From a bacterium (GTDB lineage: Bacteria > UBA8248), in assembly GCA_965219955.1 (NCBI GenBank), contig OZ244799.1:2016001-2080000 (forward strand): a DNA stretch of 64,000 bases, given 5' to 3'. The translations under genes were made by a program, and so were the position numbers. Below, one piece after another: positions 38,945 through 47,290 of this stretch. A model generated the notes under the pieces. That model made no database searches. It was given only the letters and a program-made list of their open reading frames with translations, and had not been told where the DNA came from. Positions within the stretch are counted from its first letter, which is position 1. Each line of letters starts with the position of its first letter.

Positions 38945-39151
38945 GTGCCAGAGGGAACAGTCAAGTGGTTTAGCGACAAAAAGGGGTATGGCTTCATTTC
39001 TCGGGAAGATGGTGACGACATCTTCGTTCACTTCTCAGCCATCGTTGCGGATGGATTCAAATCACTGAAAGAAGGTGAAAAGGTCACATTCGAGATCACC
39101 CAAGGTCCCAAAGGGCTTCAGGCGGCGAATGTAACCAAACTGGAAGAATAA
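38945..39151 (+). CDS. cspA: Cold-shock protein
   Basis: [22 protein letters not shown] and [10 protein letters not shown]; extended -10 (TG-T-TATACT at 38819-38827) implies a long 5' UTR. Confidence 0.95.
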   Translation: MPEGTVKWFSDKKGYGFISREDGDDIFVHFSAIVADGFKSLKEGEKVTFEITQGPKGLQAANVTKLEE

Positions 39152-39189
39152 CGTTCCTCTCTATCATCGTACCTCTCGACTGGGAAAAG

Positions 39190-40545
39190 CTACGCGCTTT
39201 CTCGAACATACTCTAAAACCGTCTCTGCGGCTTTATCCCCGCTTCGCACCGCTCCTTCTACGGTGGCCGGCAAACCTGTGCGAGTCCAATCTCCAGCAAG
39301 AAAAAAACCCTCAATCGGTGTTCTGGTATCTAACCGGTAATTTTGCTCCGCCACCCCGTTCGCCCAGGTAGCGGCGCGCTCCCGCACCACCAAAATATCT
39401 CGAATACGGTTACGGGGAATCATGCGATTCAAGCAATCCCTCGCAGACGACTCGATGATCGACCGCTTCTCAGATGCGATGGAATCCTCCGCCCCGGCCA
39501 ATAGACATACCAGGTTTTCCGCACATTTCCCGCCAGTTTCAAGTCGAAACAACCAGTCCCACTCCTCACCCACTATTGCCTCAAAAGGAGGCCCCTCATC
39601 CGGTTCTTCAAGCCAGAAATATGCGCTGGCGATAGGCCCGGGGCGTAGTTTTCCCAGATTCGAAAAAAGTGATTGCTGACCGAGTTCGCTGCCTAGCAAT
39701 CTGCCCAAAACGTCGGGTGGCACGGCGGAAATGACTGCGGCTGCGGGTAAAGTCTCTCGCTCCCTTACCATCACACCGTTCATTTTTGAATCATTGACCT
39801 CAAAACCGACTGCGGGTTGCTGAAGCCTCACCTCTCCACCAAGGTGCCGGATGCGTTGGGCCGCTCTGTTCGCCCACAGCGTACCCAATGCCTTCATCGG
39901 CACCCCCAAGGCGGCTCCCTTCGGCCCATCGGCAAAGGCTTCCCGAATCACCGCCTTGAACAATTCCGCACTCCCCAGTTCCAAAGGCAAGTTCAACACC
40001 GCGCGTGCAAACGGCTCCCAAAACCAGCGCACCGCCTCATTCTTCTGGCCAAGGTCCTCCAGCATGTCACTCATGGATTCATCCGGGTTCTCATCGCCCG
40101 ATTTGGAAACAATCTTCGAAAGACCTCTCAAAAGATTTATTTTTTCCAAAAAGCGGGGTCCACGCCATTTGAGCAAGCCTTGAAGTTGCGCAAAAACCCC
40201 TCCTCCCTCTGGAAATGACAACTGCGTCCGTCGGGTCGACCCCGCTTTCCGAATACGGTAGCCCACTTCCAGGGAAGGGGAGAAAAAAATATCATCGGCG
40301 GCGCCCACTCTTTCCAACAATGAGCGCAATGCCGGATTGGCCGCCATGAACAAATGCGGGCCCCAGTCCAACTCCATGTCCGTGGATGAATGCTTGAAAC
40401 TGCGCGCCCGGCCACCGAGAAACTTCCCGGCCTCGAGCACCACAACCTTGACGCCAGATTCGGCGAGGCGCAAAGCGGCGGACAGGCCCGCTGCGCCGGC
40501 TCCGATAATGATGACCGGCCTCTCGGATCCGCCCAGCTCAGACAT
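39190..40545 (-). CDS. hpnE: Hydroxysqualene dehydroxylase (FAD-dependent)
   Basis: IIGAGAAGLSAA, LGGRARSF, ERAAT and LAGDWT.TGLPATVEGAVRSG; directly after hpnCD. Confidence 0.85.
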   Translation of the reverse strand: MSELGGSERPVIIIGAGAAGLSAALRLAESGVKVVVLEAGKFLGGRARSFKHSSTDMELDWGPHLFMAANPALRSLLERVGAADDIFFSPSLEVGYRIRKAGSTRRTQLSFPEGGGVFAQLQGLLKWRGPRFLEKINLLRGLSKIVSKSGDENPDESMSDMLEDLGQKNEAVRWFWEPFARAVLNLPLELGSAELFKAVIREAFADGPKGAALGVPMKALGTLWANRAAQRIRHLGGEVRLQQPAVGFEVNDSKMNGVMVRERETLPAAAVISAVPPDVLGRLLGSELGQQSLFSNLGKLRPGPIASAYFWLEEPDEGPPFEAIVGEEWDWLFRLETGGKCAENLVCLLAGAEDSIASEKRSIIESSARDCLNRMIPRNRIRDILVVRERAATWANGVAEQNYRLDTRTPIEGFFLAGDWTRTGLPATVEGAVRSGDKAAETVLEYVRESA

Positions 40546-42705
40546 CTACGCTTCCAGAAAACAGCGAAGCGCTTCTAGTAGTTTTTCCCTGGACTTCAAA
40601 GAGGGGCGATAATCCATGTGCCGAAAATCATTCTTCTCCATCTCACTCAGAAGTCTCCGATAAATTCGGCCCATGATTCTCGCGGGAAGAAGGTTCCCTG
40701 TCTTCTCGTGACTCAAGGCTTCGTTCGCTCCCTCGTAGTATTCACGCGCTCGATGCGCCAAGGACCGAAGAAGGCTTAAAACCTCGGAAGTATCGTTTTT
40801 ATATCTCAAATCGGAGACCGTTACGCCATATTTCTCCATTTCGCTTCCGGGAATATAAATGCGCCCTTCCTCGGCATCTTCCCAAACGTCTCTCAAAATG
40901 TTCGTCATCTGCAGCGCCCTGCCCAAACAAACGGCGTAGTCGTTGGCGAATTCCGATTTCGCCTCGAAGATGCCCAGGCACGCCAGCCCTACTGCGGAAG
41001 CCACCTTGTCACAATAATTTTCAAGGTCTGACAAATTTTCAAATCGACTATCCTCCAGATCCATCGCCACCCCGTCACAAATCGCCCGGAAATGTTCCGG
41101 CGGCAAGTCGTATTTTCTCGACGCCCATGCGAGTTCCCCGATTATCGGGTGGGATGGACTCTCCTCGCCCAACTGATCCAGCGCCTCTTTCCATTCGCGC
41201 AACGTGGTTTTCTTGCCGGATATCTCACCCGGCTCATCGGCGATGTCGTCGGCCATGCGGCAATACGCGTAAACCGCCGTGATGGCGCGCCTTTTCTCCG
41301 CCGGCAGGCTGAAAAAAGACAGATAAAAATTCGACCGGCTCGCGCGAATGAACCAGCGGCAGTATGCGCGGTTCAACCCTTCTTCGGCATGCCGATCCAC
41401 ATTGGATTCGAGTCGATAGACCGGGCGAAACACCGCGAGCAACGATTTGGCCTTATCCCGGCCATTCAAAAGCGGAGATCCCGCGCAGACGTTCCATTCC
41501 GCACGGGAAATGGCGTCAAGCGCCGCAATGCCGCCGCGCCAAATCGCGCGAAGCTCACGGCCCAATGCGCCGCGGGTGCGGTACAAAAGAGGCAGGCCCT
41601 GCCTGAAGAGGCGCTTCGTCCTTTTTATCTGAAAAACCAGGAACGCTCGAAGCTGAGGCGTCGCCGCGTCGGCAAGCAAATCATCCTCGGAGACGGAGAA
41701 TCTTTTCATCTCATCCTGAGGCATATAGATAATGCCTCGCTCGGCGTCTTCTTTCACATCTTGCAAGTGATTCGCAATCTGCAAGGCCGTGCAGATGGCA
41801 TCTGACGCGCGAAGGGCCTCTTCATCACGTATCCCGTGCAGCATGAGAACGATTCGCCCGACGGGATCCGCCGATCGGCGACAATAATCGAGCAAGGCTT
41901 CATAGTTCGGATACCGGAGGACTGTGACGTCCTGTTTGAATGCCGACAGCAAATCCCGAAAAGGCTGCAAGGGCAAATCGAATTGCTGAATCGTGTCGGA
42001 GAGCGCAATGAAAACGGCTGTTTCCGCAACTCCTTGCTGGGCCAATACGAGTTTTTCTTCCCACTCATCAAGGCGCGCAAGTCGCTCCCGGGCGGGCTCT
42101 GTCGAATCCGCGATATCATCCGCACCCCTGGCGAACGCATATACCGCGGCAACGTGCGGTCTTATCTTCGCCGGAAGCAACTTCGAGGCGACGGGAAAAT
42201 TCTCGTAGTGGCCGACTACGATTTTCATGCACTCATCATAAGCGGCGCTTAAATCAGCCTCTGAAACATTTTTTGCCTCTTTGTCTGAATCCCGTGTCTC
42301 CTCGCCATTCATGAGAGATTCTATCAACTGCGCATCCGCGGGCAGGAAATCAAACTCCCCCAATGAGGCAGGATGCACCCACTCGTGTTCCGCTACCCCC
42401 AAATTCTCCGCCACTCCGCTTTCCCACTCACAATCATAAAAGCGAAGGTGGACGTCCCTGTCTGGATAACGGTGTCGTGTCTCCCAATGAAGACGGCCAA
42501 CGCGCACATCGATCCCTAATTCTTCGCAAATTTCCCTTTGCAATGCTTCCCGGGGATTCTCGCCGTACTCAATTTTGCCGCCGGGAAACTCCCAGAAGCC
42601 CGGCATATGTCCGCCCTCCGGGCGCTGGCAGATGAGAATGCGTCCCTCGCTCCGGACAATCCCGGCAACGACGCTTAGCTCTAAAACGGCAACTTCGTCC
42701 TTCAT
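40546..42705 (-). CDS. Triple fusion: NUDIX hydrolase (MutT/NudG-like) + HpnC + HpnD squalene synthesis domains
   Basis: Nudix box GGKIEYGENPREALQREICEELG; HYENFPVAS..ADDIAD..ANHLQD (HpnC); SNFYLSF..ADDIAD..TNILRDV.ED..GRIYIP (HpnD). Confidence 0.85.
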   Translation of the reverse strand: MKDEVAVLELSVVAGIVRSEGRILICQRPEGGHMPGFWEFPGGKIEYGENPREALQREICEELGIDVRVGRLHWETRHRYPDRDVHLRFYDCEWESGVAENLGVAEHEWVHPASLGEFDFLPADAQLIESLMNGEETRDSDKEAKNVSEADLSAAYDECMKIVVGHYENFPVASKLLPAKIRPHVAAVYAFARGADDIADSTEPARERLARLDEWEEKLVLAQQGVAETAVFIALSDTIQQFDLPLQPFRDLLSAFKQDVTVLRYPNYEALLDYCRRSADPVGRIVLMLHGIRDEEALRASDAICTALQIANHLQDVKEDAERGIIYMPQDEMKRFSVSEDDLLADAATPQLRAFLVFQIKRTKRLFRQGLPLLYRTRGALGRELRAIWRGGIAALDAISRAEWNVCAGSPLLNGRDKAKSLLAVFRPVYRLESNVDRHAEEGLNRAYCRWFIRASRSNFYLSFFSLPAEKRRAITAVYAYCRMADDIADEPGEISGKKTTLREWKEALDQLGEESPSHPIIGELAWASRKYDLPPEHFRAICDGVAMDLEDSRFENLSDLENYCDKVASAVGLACLGIFEAKSEFANDYAVCLGRALQMTNILRDVWEDAEEGRIYIPGSEMEKYGVTVSDLRYKNDTSEVLSLLRSLAHRAREYYEGANEALSHEKTGNLLPARIMGRIYRRLLSEMEKNDFRHMDYRPSLKSREKLLEALRCFLEA

Positions 42706-42720
42706 CCCATCTCCATGAGC

Positions 42721-43518
42721 TTAACCCTGCGCAGCCTCAGGCTCCATATCATCCGGCAACCGTCTCAAGACACTGGAAAACACGATGGGTTCCGCCATGG
42801 GTACCGCCTTGGACAGTTCTTTTTCATCTGCAAAATACTCGCCCGGCAGGACCAATCCCGGCATCCGCAACTCGACCGAATCCTTTGAGAACGGCCATGG
42901 GGATATTTCCAGATCATCGGTGTTTGCGGTTTTCACTTTCAACCCACCCTGAATCAAGGGGTGGACTGCGGCATCGGGCGGGGTAATTTCCGGCGCCCGG
43001 CACGCCAACAGGGATAATGTATCGCAAACCCCGAGCAAAGACACGGAATTTTCGATCGCATCTACGTGCTTCGGCTCAATCAGGGCGTCCAACTCTTTCT
43101 GCCGTTTCGATTCAGCGTGAATGAACCCGTTCAGCACCTTGGAAACTTCCAGCGGGGCGCCTCTTCTCCCACCTGCTGCGAGCGAAGAGAAGTGGAGGCT
43201 GACCAAATATCCGGAAAACGGATGGAAGGAAGCGCAAGAATCGATACCCTTCGACCATATTTCCACCGCTTTGTCCGCCGTGATGCCGAAAAAACTGTAA
43301 GGCAGTTTCGTCAGCGCATCCCACCTCGGGGTGGCGTCCGAGCGGCACCACCCGACGTCATGATTGTCGATGGCGAACAAGACTTTCTCTGTGAGTTCAT
43401 CCGGCGGTGAGGGTAGCGATTCAATGCCTATCCAATTTCGCGCAATCGTACCCGCGGCCCGGGCGTGGTCATGTTGAGAGATGAGACGAACATGGTTATC
43501 TCGCGGACAAACAATCAT
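42721..43518 (-). CDS. DUF3891 family protein
   Basis: MIV...LISQHDHARAAG.IA..W, HDVGW, LVSLH, CDTLSL and PWPF motifs. Confidence 0.82.
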   Translation of the reverse strand: MIVCPRDNHVRLISQHDHARAAGTIARNWIGIESLPSPPDELTEKVLFAIDNHDVGWCRSDATPRWDALTKLPYSFFGITADKAVEIWSKGIDSCASFHPFSGYLVSLHFSSLAAGGRRGAPLEVSKVLNGFIHAESKRQKELDALIEPKHVDAIENSVSLLGVCDTLSLLACRAPEITPPDAAVHPLIQGGLKVKTANTDDLEISPWPFSKDSVELRMPGLVLPGEYFADEKELSKAVPMAEPIVFSSVLRRLPDDMEPEAAQG

Positions 43519-43737
43519 TTGAAACACCAAAAAACGGCGGAGAATACTTTCCAAAACCGAAGAATCTCCAGGTCCAAGCCTGAAAGTATTTTATTTCGCC
43601 GATGAAAAATGTAACAACCGCCATTGCGGCAAACAAGAAAATTCAACATCCACTTGAACAAACGTGTGCAAAACACATAATTTTGCTACAAGTCAGTATA
43701 TATTCTTGTCCTGGAAATAAGGAAATCGCGCCAAATC

Positions 43738-45174
43738 ATGAATCGAAAAAATTTCCCTCAGGATCCCGGTTCAGTCGGCCTCACGAAAACACGGACCATC
43801 AAGCTTCCGGAGCCGTTTCGGACCGATTCCGGCGAAACATTGCCTGAAATCCAGGTGGCATATGAGACATACGGCGAACTCTCCCCAAATGCCGATAATG
43901 CCGTTTTGGTCATCCATGCGCTTACGGGCGACGCGCACGCAGCCGGCTTCCACAGCCCCGACGATCCGCGTCCGGGCTGGTGGGACCCGATGATCGGCCC
44001 CGGCAAGGCCATCGATACCCGAAAATACTTCGTCGTCTCCTCAAACAACCTGGGGGGATGCTCGGGCACCACGGGGCCCGCTTCGATCAACCCCGCTACG
44101 GGCAGAGCGTACAACACCGGCTTTCCCGTCACCACGGTGGAGGACACCGTTCGCGTCCACAAGCTGCTTCTCGATCATCTGGGCGTAAAACGCCTCAAAA
44201 CGGTCATCGGCGGCTCGCTCGCCGGGATGCAGACCCTGGAATGGGGCCTGCGCTACAGCGATATCTGCGACTCCGTCATTCCGGTCGCGGGCGCCGCCCG
44301 CCTGGATCCGATGGGCATCGCATGGGACAAAATCGCCCGCAGGGCCATCACGGCGGACGGCGACTGGAATGACGGCGACTACGCCGCCGGCCAGGGACCA
44401 CGCAAGGGCCTCAGCGCGGCGCGCATGCTGGCCCACATCACCTACCTGAGCCGGGGAATCATGTGGGAGAAATTCGGCCGCGAGATCAGGGACAAGGACA
44501 AAATGCTGGAGGATATCGCCTCGCGCTTCGAGGTGGAGAGTTACCTCGATCACCAGGGGGACAAATTCGTCGATCGCTTCGACGCGAACTCGTATCTGTA
44601 TATCTCCCGCATGATGGACTTATACGACGCCTCCCTGGGCTTCGAGAGCCTCGAGGCCTCGCTGTCCCGGCTGAAAACCAAATGCCTGCTCGTATGCTTC
44701 ATATCCGATTGGCTCTTCCCGCCGGAGAGAAGCATGGAGATCGCCCAGATTCTCCAGAAACTCAGGCATGAAGTGGAGTTGCACACGGTGGAGTCCACCT
44801 ACGGGCACGACGCGTTTCTGGTCCAATACGACAAGCTCACCGAGATCGTCGGCGGCTTTCTCGAAAGACTCGAAAACGGCGGCCCGATCGGCATCAACGC
44901 GGCTCCCATACCCCGGGGCTGCAAGCGGCTGGTTCTTTCCGTGCCGGGTCATCTCGTTGAGAAACCCGTTTTGTGGGAACTCGGCCGTAAATACTCGTTT
45001 TCCATCAACATCATGAGGAGCGAGCTGGACGCCCAATCGGGGTGGCAGGTTTGCGAATTCGACGGAAGCGAGGAGGAGATCGCACAGGCCGTGACGGAAC
45101 TCCGGGATATGGGCGTGTGGGTCGACCCCGGAGGGCATGACGCCATCGACCACGACCGCGCCGAAGTGGTATAA
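43738..45174 (+). CDS. metX: Homoserine O-acetyltransferase with C-terminal NIL domain
   Basis: HALTGD, PGWWD, IGGSLAG, RFDANSY, SDWLFPP and GHDAFL; tail PVLWELGRKY...INIM...G..EEI..AV..L...GV.V. Confidence 0.9.
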   Translation: MNRKNFPQDPGSVGLTKTRTIKLPEPFRTDSGETLPEIQVAYETYGELSPNADNAVLVIHALTGDAHAAGFHSPDDPRPGWWDPMIGPGKAIDTRKYFVVSSNNLGGCSGTTGPASINPATGRAYNTGFPVTTVEDTVRVHKLLLDHLGVKRLKTVIGGSLAGMQTLEWGLRYSDICDSVIPVAGAARLDPMGIAWDKIARRAITADGDWNDGDYAAGQGPRKGLSAARMLAHITYLSRGIMWEKFGREIRDKDKMLEDIASRFEVESYLDHQGDKFVDRFDANSYLYISRMMDLYDASLGFESLEASLSRLKTKCLLVCFISDWLFPPERSMEIAQILQKLRHEVELHTVESTYGHDAFLVQYDKLTEIVGGFLERLENGGPIGINAAPIPRGCKRLVLSVPGHLVEKPVLWELGRKYSFSINIMRSELDAQSGWQVCEFDGSEEEIAQAVTELRDMGVWVDPGGHDAIDHDRAEVV

Positions 45175-45248
45175 ACCAGAAAATTGCCGCGCACGTATAT
45201 TCACAGGTACATTCAAGAGATTCGATACAAACCAGACGGAGGCACGCC

Positions 45249-45881
45249 ATGAGTGAGTTGAAAGAACCGATCGTTGTGGTGAAATACTCGGACTACACCT
45301 GACCATTTTGCTATGTCGCCACCGTGGGTGGCACGCCCGTGATCGAAGAAGACCCCGACGTCGTCGTCGAGTGGGTCAGTTGGGAGGGGAGACCCCCCGG
45401 CCAGGAGTTCGCCGGCTACTCGCCGGAGCAGAAACAGGAAAGTTACGAGAACAACCACAAACCTCTCGCCGAGAAGTACGACGTGCCCATCCGGGTGGCG
45501 GGTGGCGACTACCGCACCACGAACCTCCACATGGCCACCTATTACGCCCGCGACAAGGGGAAGTTCAAGGAATTCCGGAATCGCTGCTACAAGGCCCGCT
45601 GGGAGGACGACCTGAATCTCGAGGATTTGGACGTCATCGCCGGTCTCGGTCAGGATGTCGGCCTGGACGGTGAGGAAATCAAGGCCGTCATCGCCGAGGG
45701 ACGCTACATCGGCGCGCTCCACAGCCAGCGCGCCCAGGGAAAAGGGTTGGGCATCTTCGGCATCCCCACGTTCGTGGTGGAGGGGAAGCTCTTCTGGGGC
45801 AAAGACGTCATCGACGACGTCAAGGACGAGGTCGCGCGCGTGAAGCAGGAGCGCATCGAGAAGGAAAAAGAAGAGAGCTAG
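45249..45881 (+). CDS. DsbA/FrnE-like selenoprotein (Sec at codon 18, UxxC)
   Basis: GGAGG RBS + ATG 45249; KYSDYT-TGA-PFCY is in frame with ORF 45324-45881; FGIPTF cis-Pro loop and FWG.D. Confidence 0.88.
45315..45334 (+). promoter_or_regulatory. Putative bacterial SECIS hairpin
   Basis: GU-c-GCCACC-GUG-GGUGGC-AC, 12 nt after the UGA (45300-45302). Confidence 0.65.
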
Positions 45882-46497
45882 CCTTCGCCTCATCCGCATG
45901 AACCGGGCGTCCGCTCCCGCGGGGTCGCCGGACCACCCCGTTCCGGGGCCGGGCGGCCCGGGCGGATGGGTTCGCCTCGCGGGGAAACGCGGGCAATTGC
46001 GCGCAAATGCGGGGCTGCGAAAAAACTTTTTCATTCGATGAATTTCGATAAATCATTCACTACCTGCTTTATGTTATCCCGGTAACTGTTTGAATAAATA
46101 TAAAATATCATTTTTCGTCCTGTTCGATAAATTTGCAGGAATTTATCGAAAAATACCTTGAATTTATCCAATTTTACGGGAAATATCATTATTTCCATTT
46201 CCCCGCCCGCCCCGGCGTCCATGAGCGCCGTGGCCCGGGCCGGGTGAAGAACGCGGACAGACGCCCCTATCCTCTCTCGAATGCCCGGTGCCATGAGAAA
46301 ACCTCCTCTCGCCTCCGCGTCGGCCCGCAAGCGGGAGAGCTTTCCCCCGCGCGGCGCGCACGATACACCGCTTCGGGGTCCGGGGGAGAACGGCAAATGC
46401 GCGCAAATGCGCAGACGCCCGGCCCCCTCGCCGAACCTCCCTTGTCAGAAGGGCTTTTTTGTCCCCCGTCGGGAGTGTCGCCTTTTCCCCCTGACAA

Positions 46498-47165
46498 GGA
46501 GTTGTTGAAAAATTCCTAATTTCGTGATTCCACATATAGAGCCGACCATGGAGGGATGAAACTTTACTCCTCCCTTGTGGAGCGCCAATCAATCACTCCC
46601 CCCTTGAGGGGGCTGTTGAAAAACCCCGATGAGGGAGGGTTTGTTGTAGGGGCCGCATACATGCGGCCCATTGTTGGAACGGGAAAAACCAGGGTCGCAT
46701 ATATGCGACCCCTACAATCTCCGCACAAGGTGTTGGTGCAGGGGTACCATACACGCGGCCCTACGGGTTCATCTTGCGTCGGGTGAAGGGCATCCTTCGA
46801 TACGCGGTTTCACCGCTACTCAGGATGAAGGAGATGTGAGGACTTTTTCAACAGCCCCTTGAGGGGGGGGAGTCGAAGAGGTCGAGCCTTGGCGAAGGCC
46901 GATTCGGTGGGGGGTGAATCGCGTTTTACCCGCTCCGAATTATACCCCCCACCAGTTCGCTTTCGGGCTTACGCCCTCAGCTCACTGACTCCCCCTCAAG
47001 GGGGGAGTGGTTCCTTTCTTCTCGGTTGCCGATGACACTCAAGGGGGGAGGGAATCCCGATCATCGAATTGTTCGCCGTAGGGACAACCCTCCGTGGTTG
47101 TCCTTCGTCGGGGCGTCAGGACGACAGGCGCGGAGGCCTGCCCCTGCAAAACCAACCCCCTACAA
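46498..47165. mobile_element. Nested MITE/REP cluster
   Basis: CACTCCCCCTTGAGGGGG-type element 46594-47009 interrupted by a GGGGCTGTTGAAAAA-ended element 46609-46858 with TTGAG duplication; GTAG REPs inside and at 47077-47163. Confidence 0.8.
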
Positions 47166-47290
47166 CCCTCCGTCAGGGGCGCTTTCAGCCCTCCCCTGCG
47201 CCAAGGTGTTTCTCGTTCGCCTTTTTGCCCTTTCATCCCCGATTCGATAAGCTGTTTCATCTGCATCCACTATCTTGAGGAGAGAACCCG

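Noticed and set aside
43555-43737. SAM riboswitch or T-box before metX
   Set aside because: AT-rich promoter-like region with no recognisable S-box or T-box consensus.
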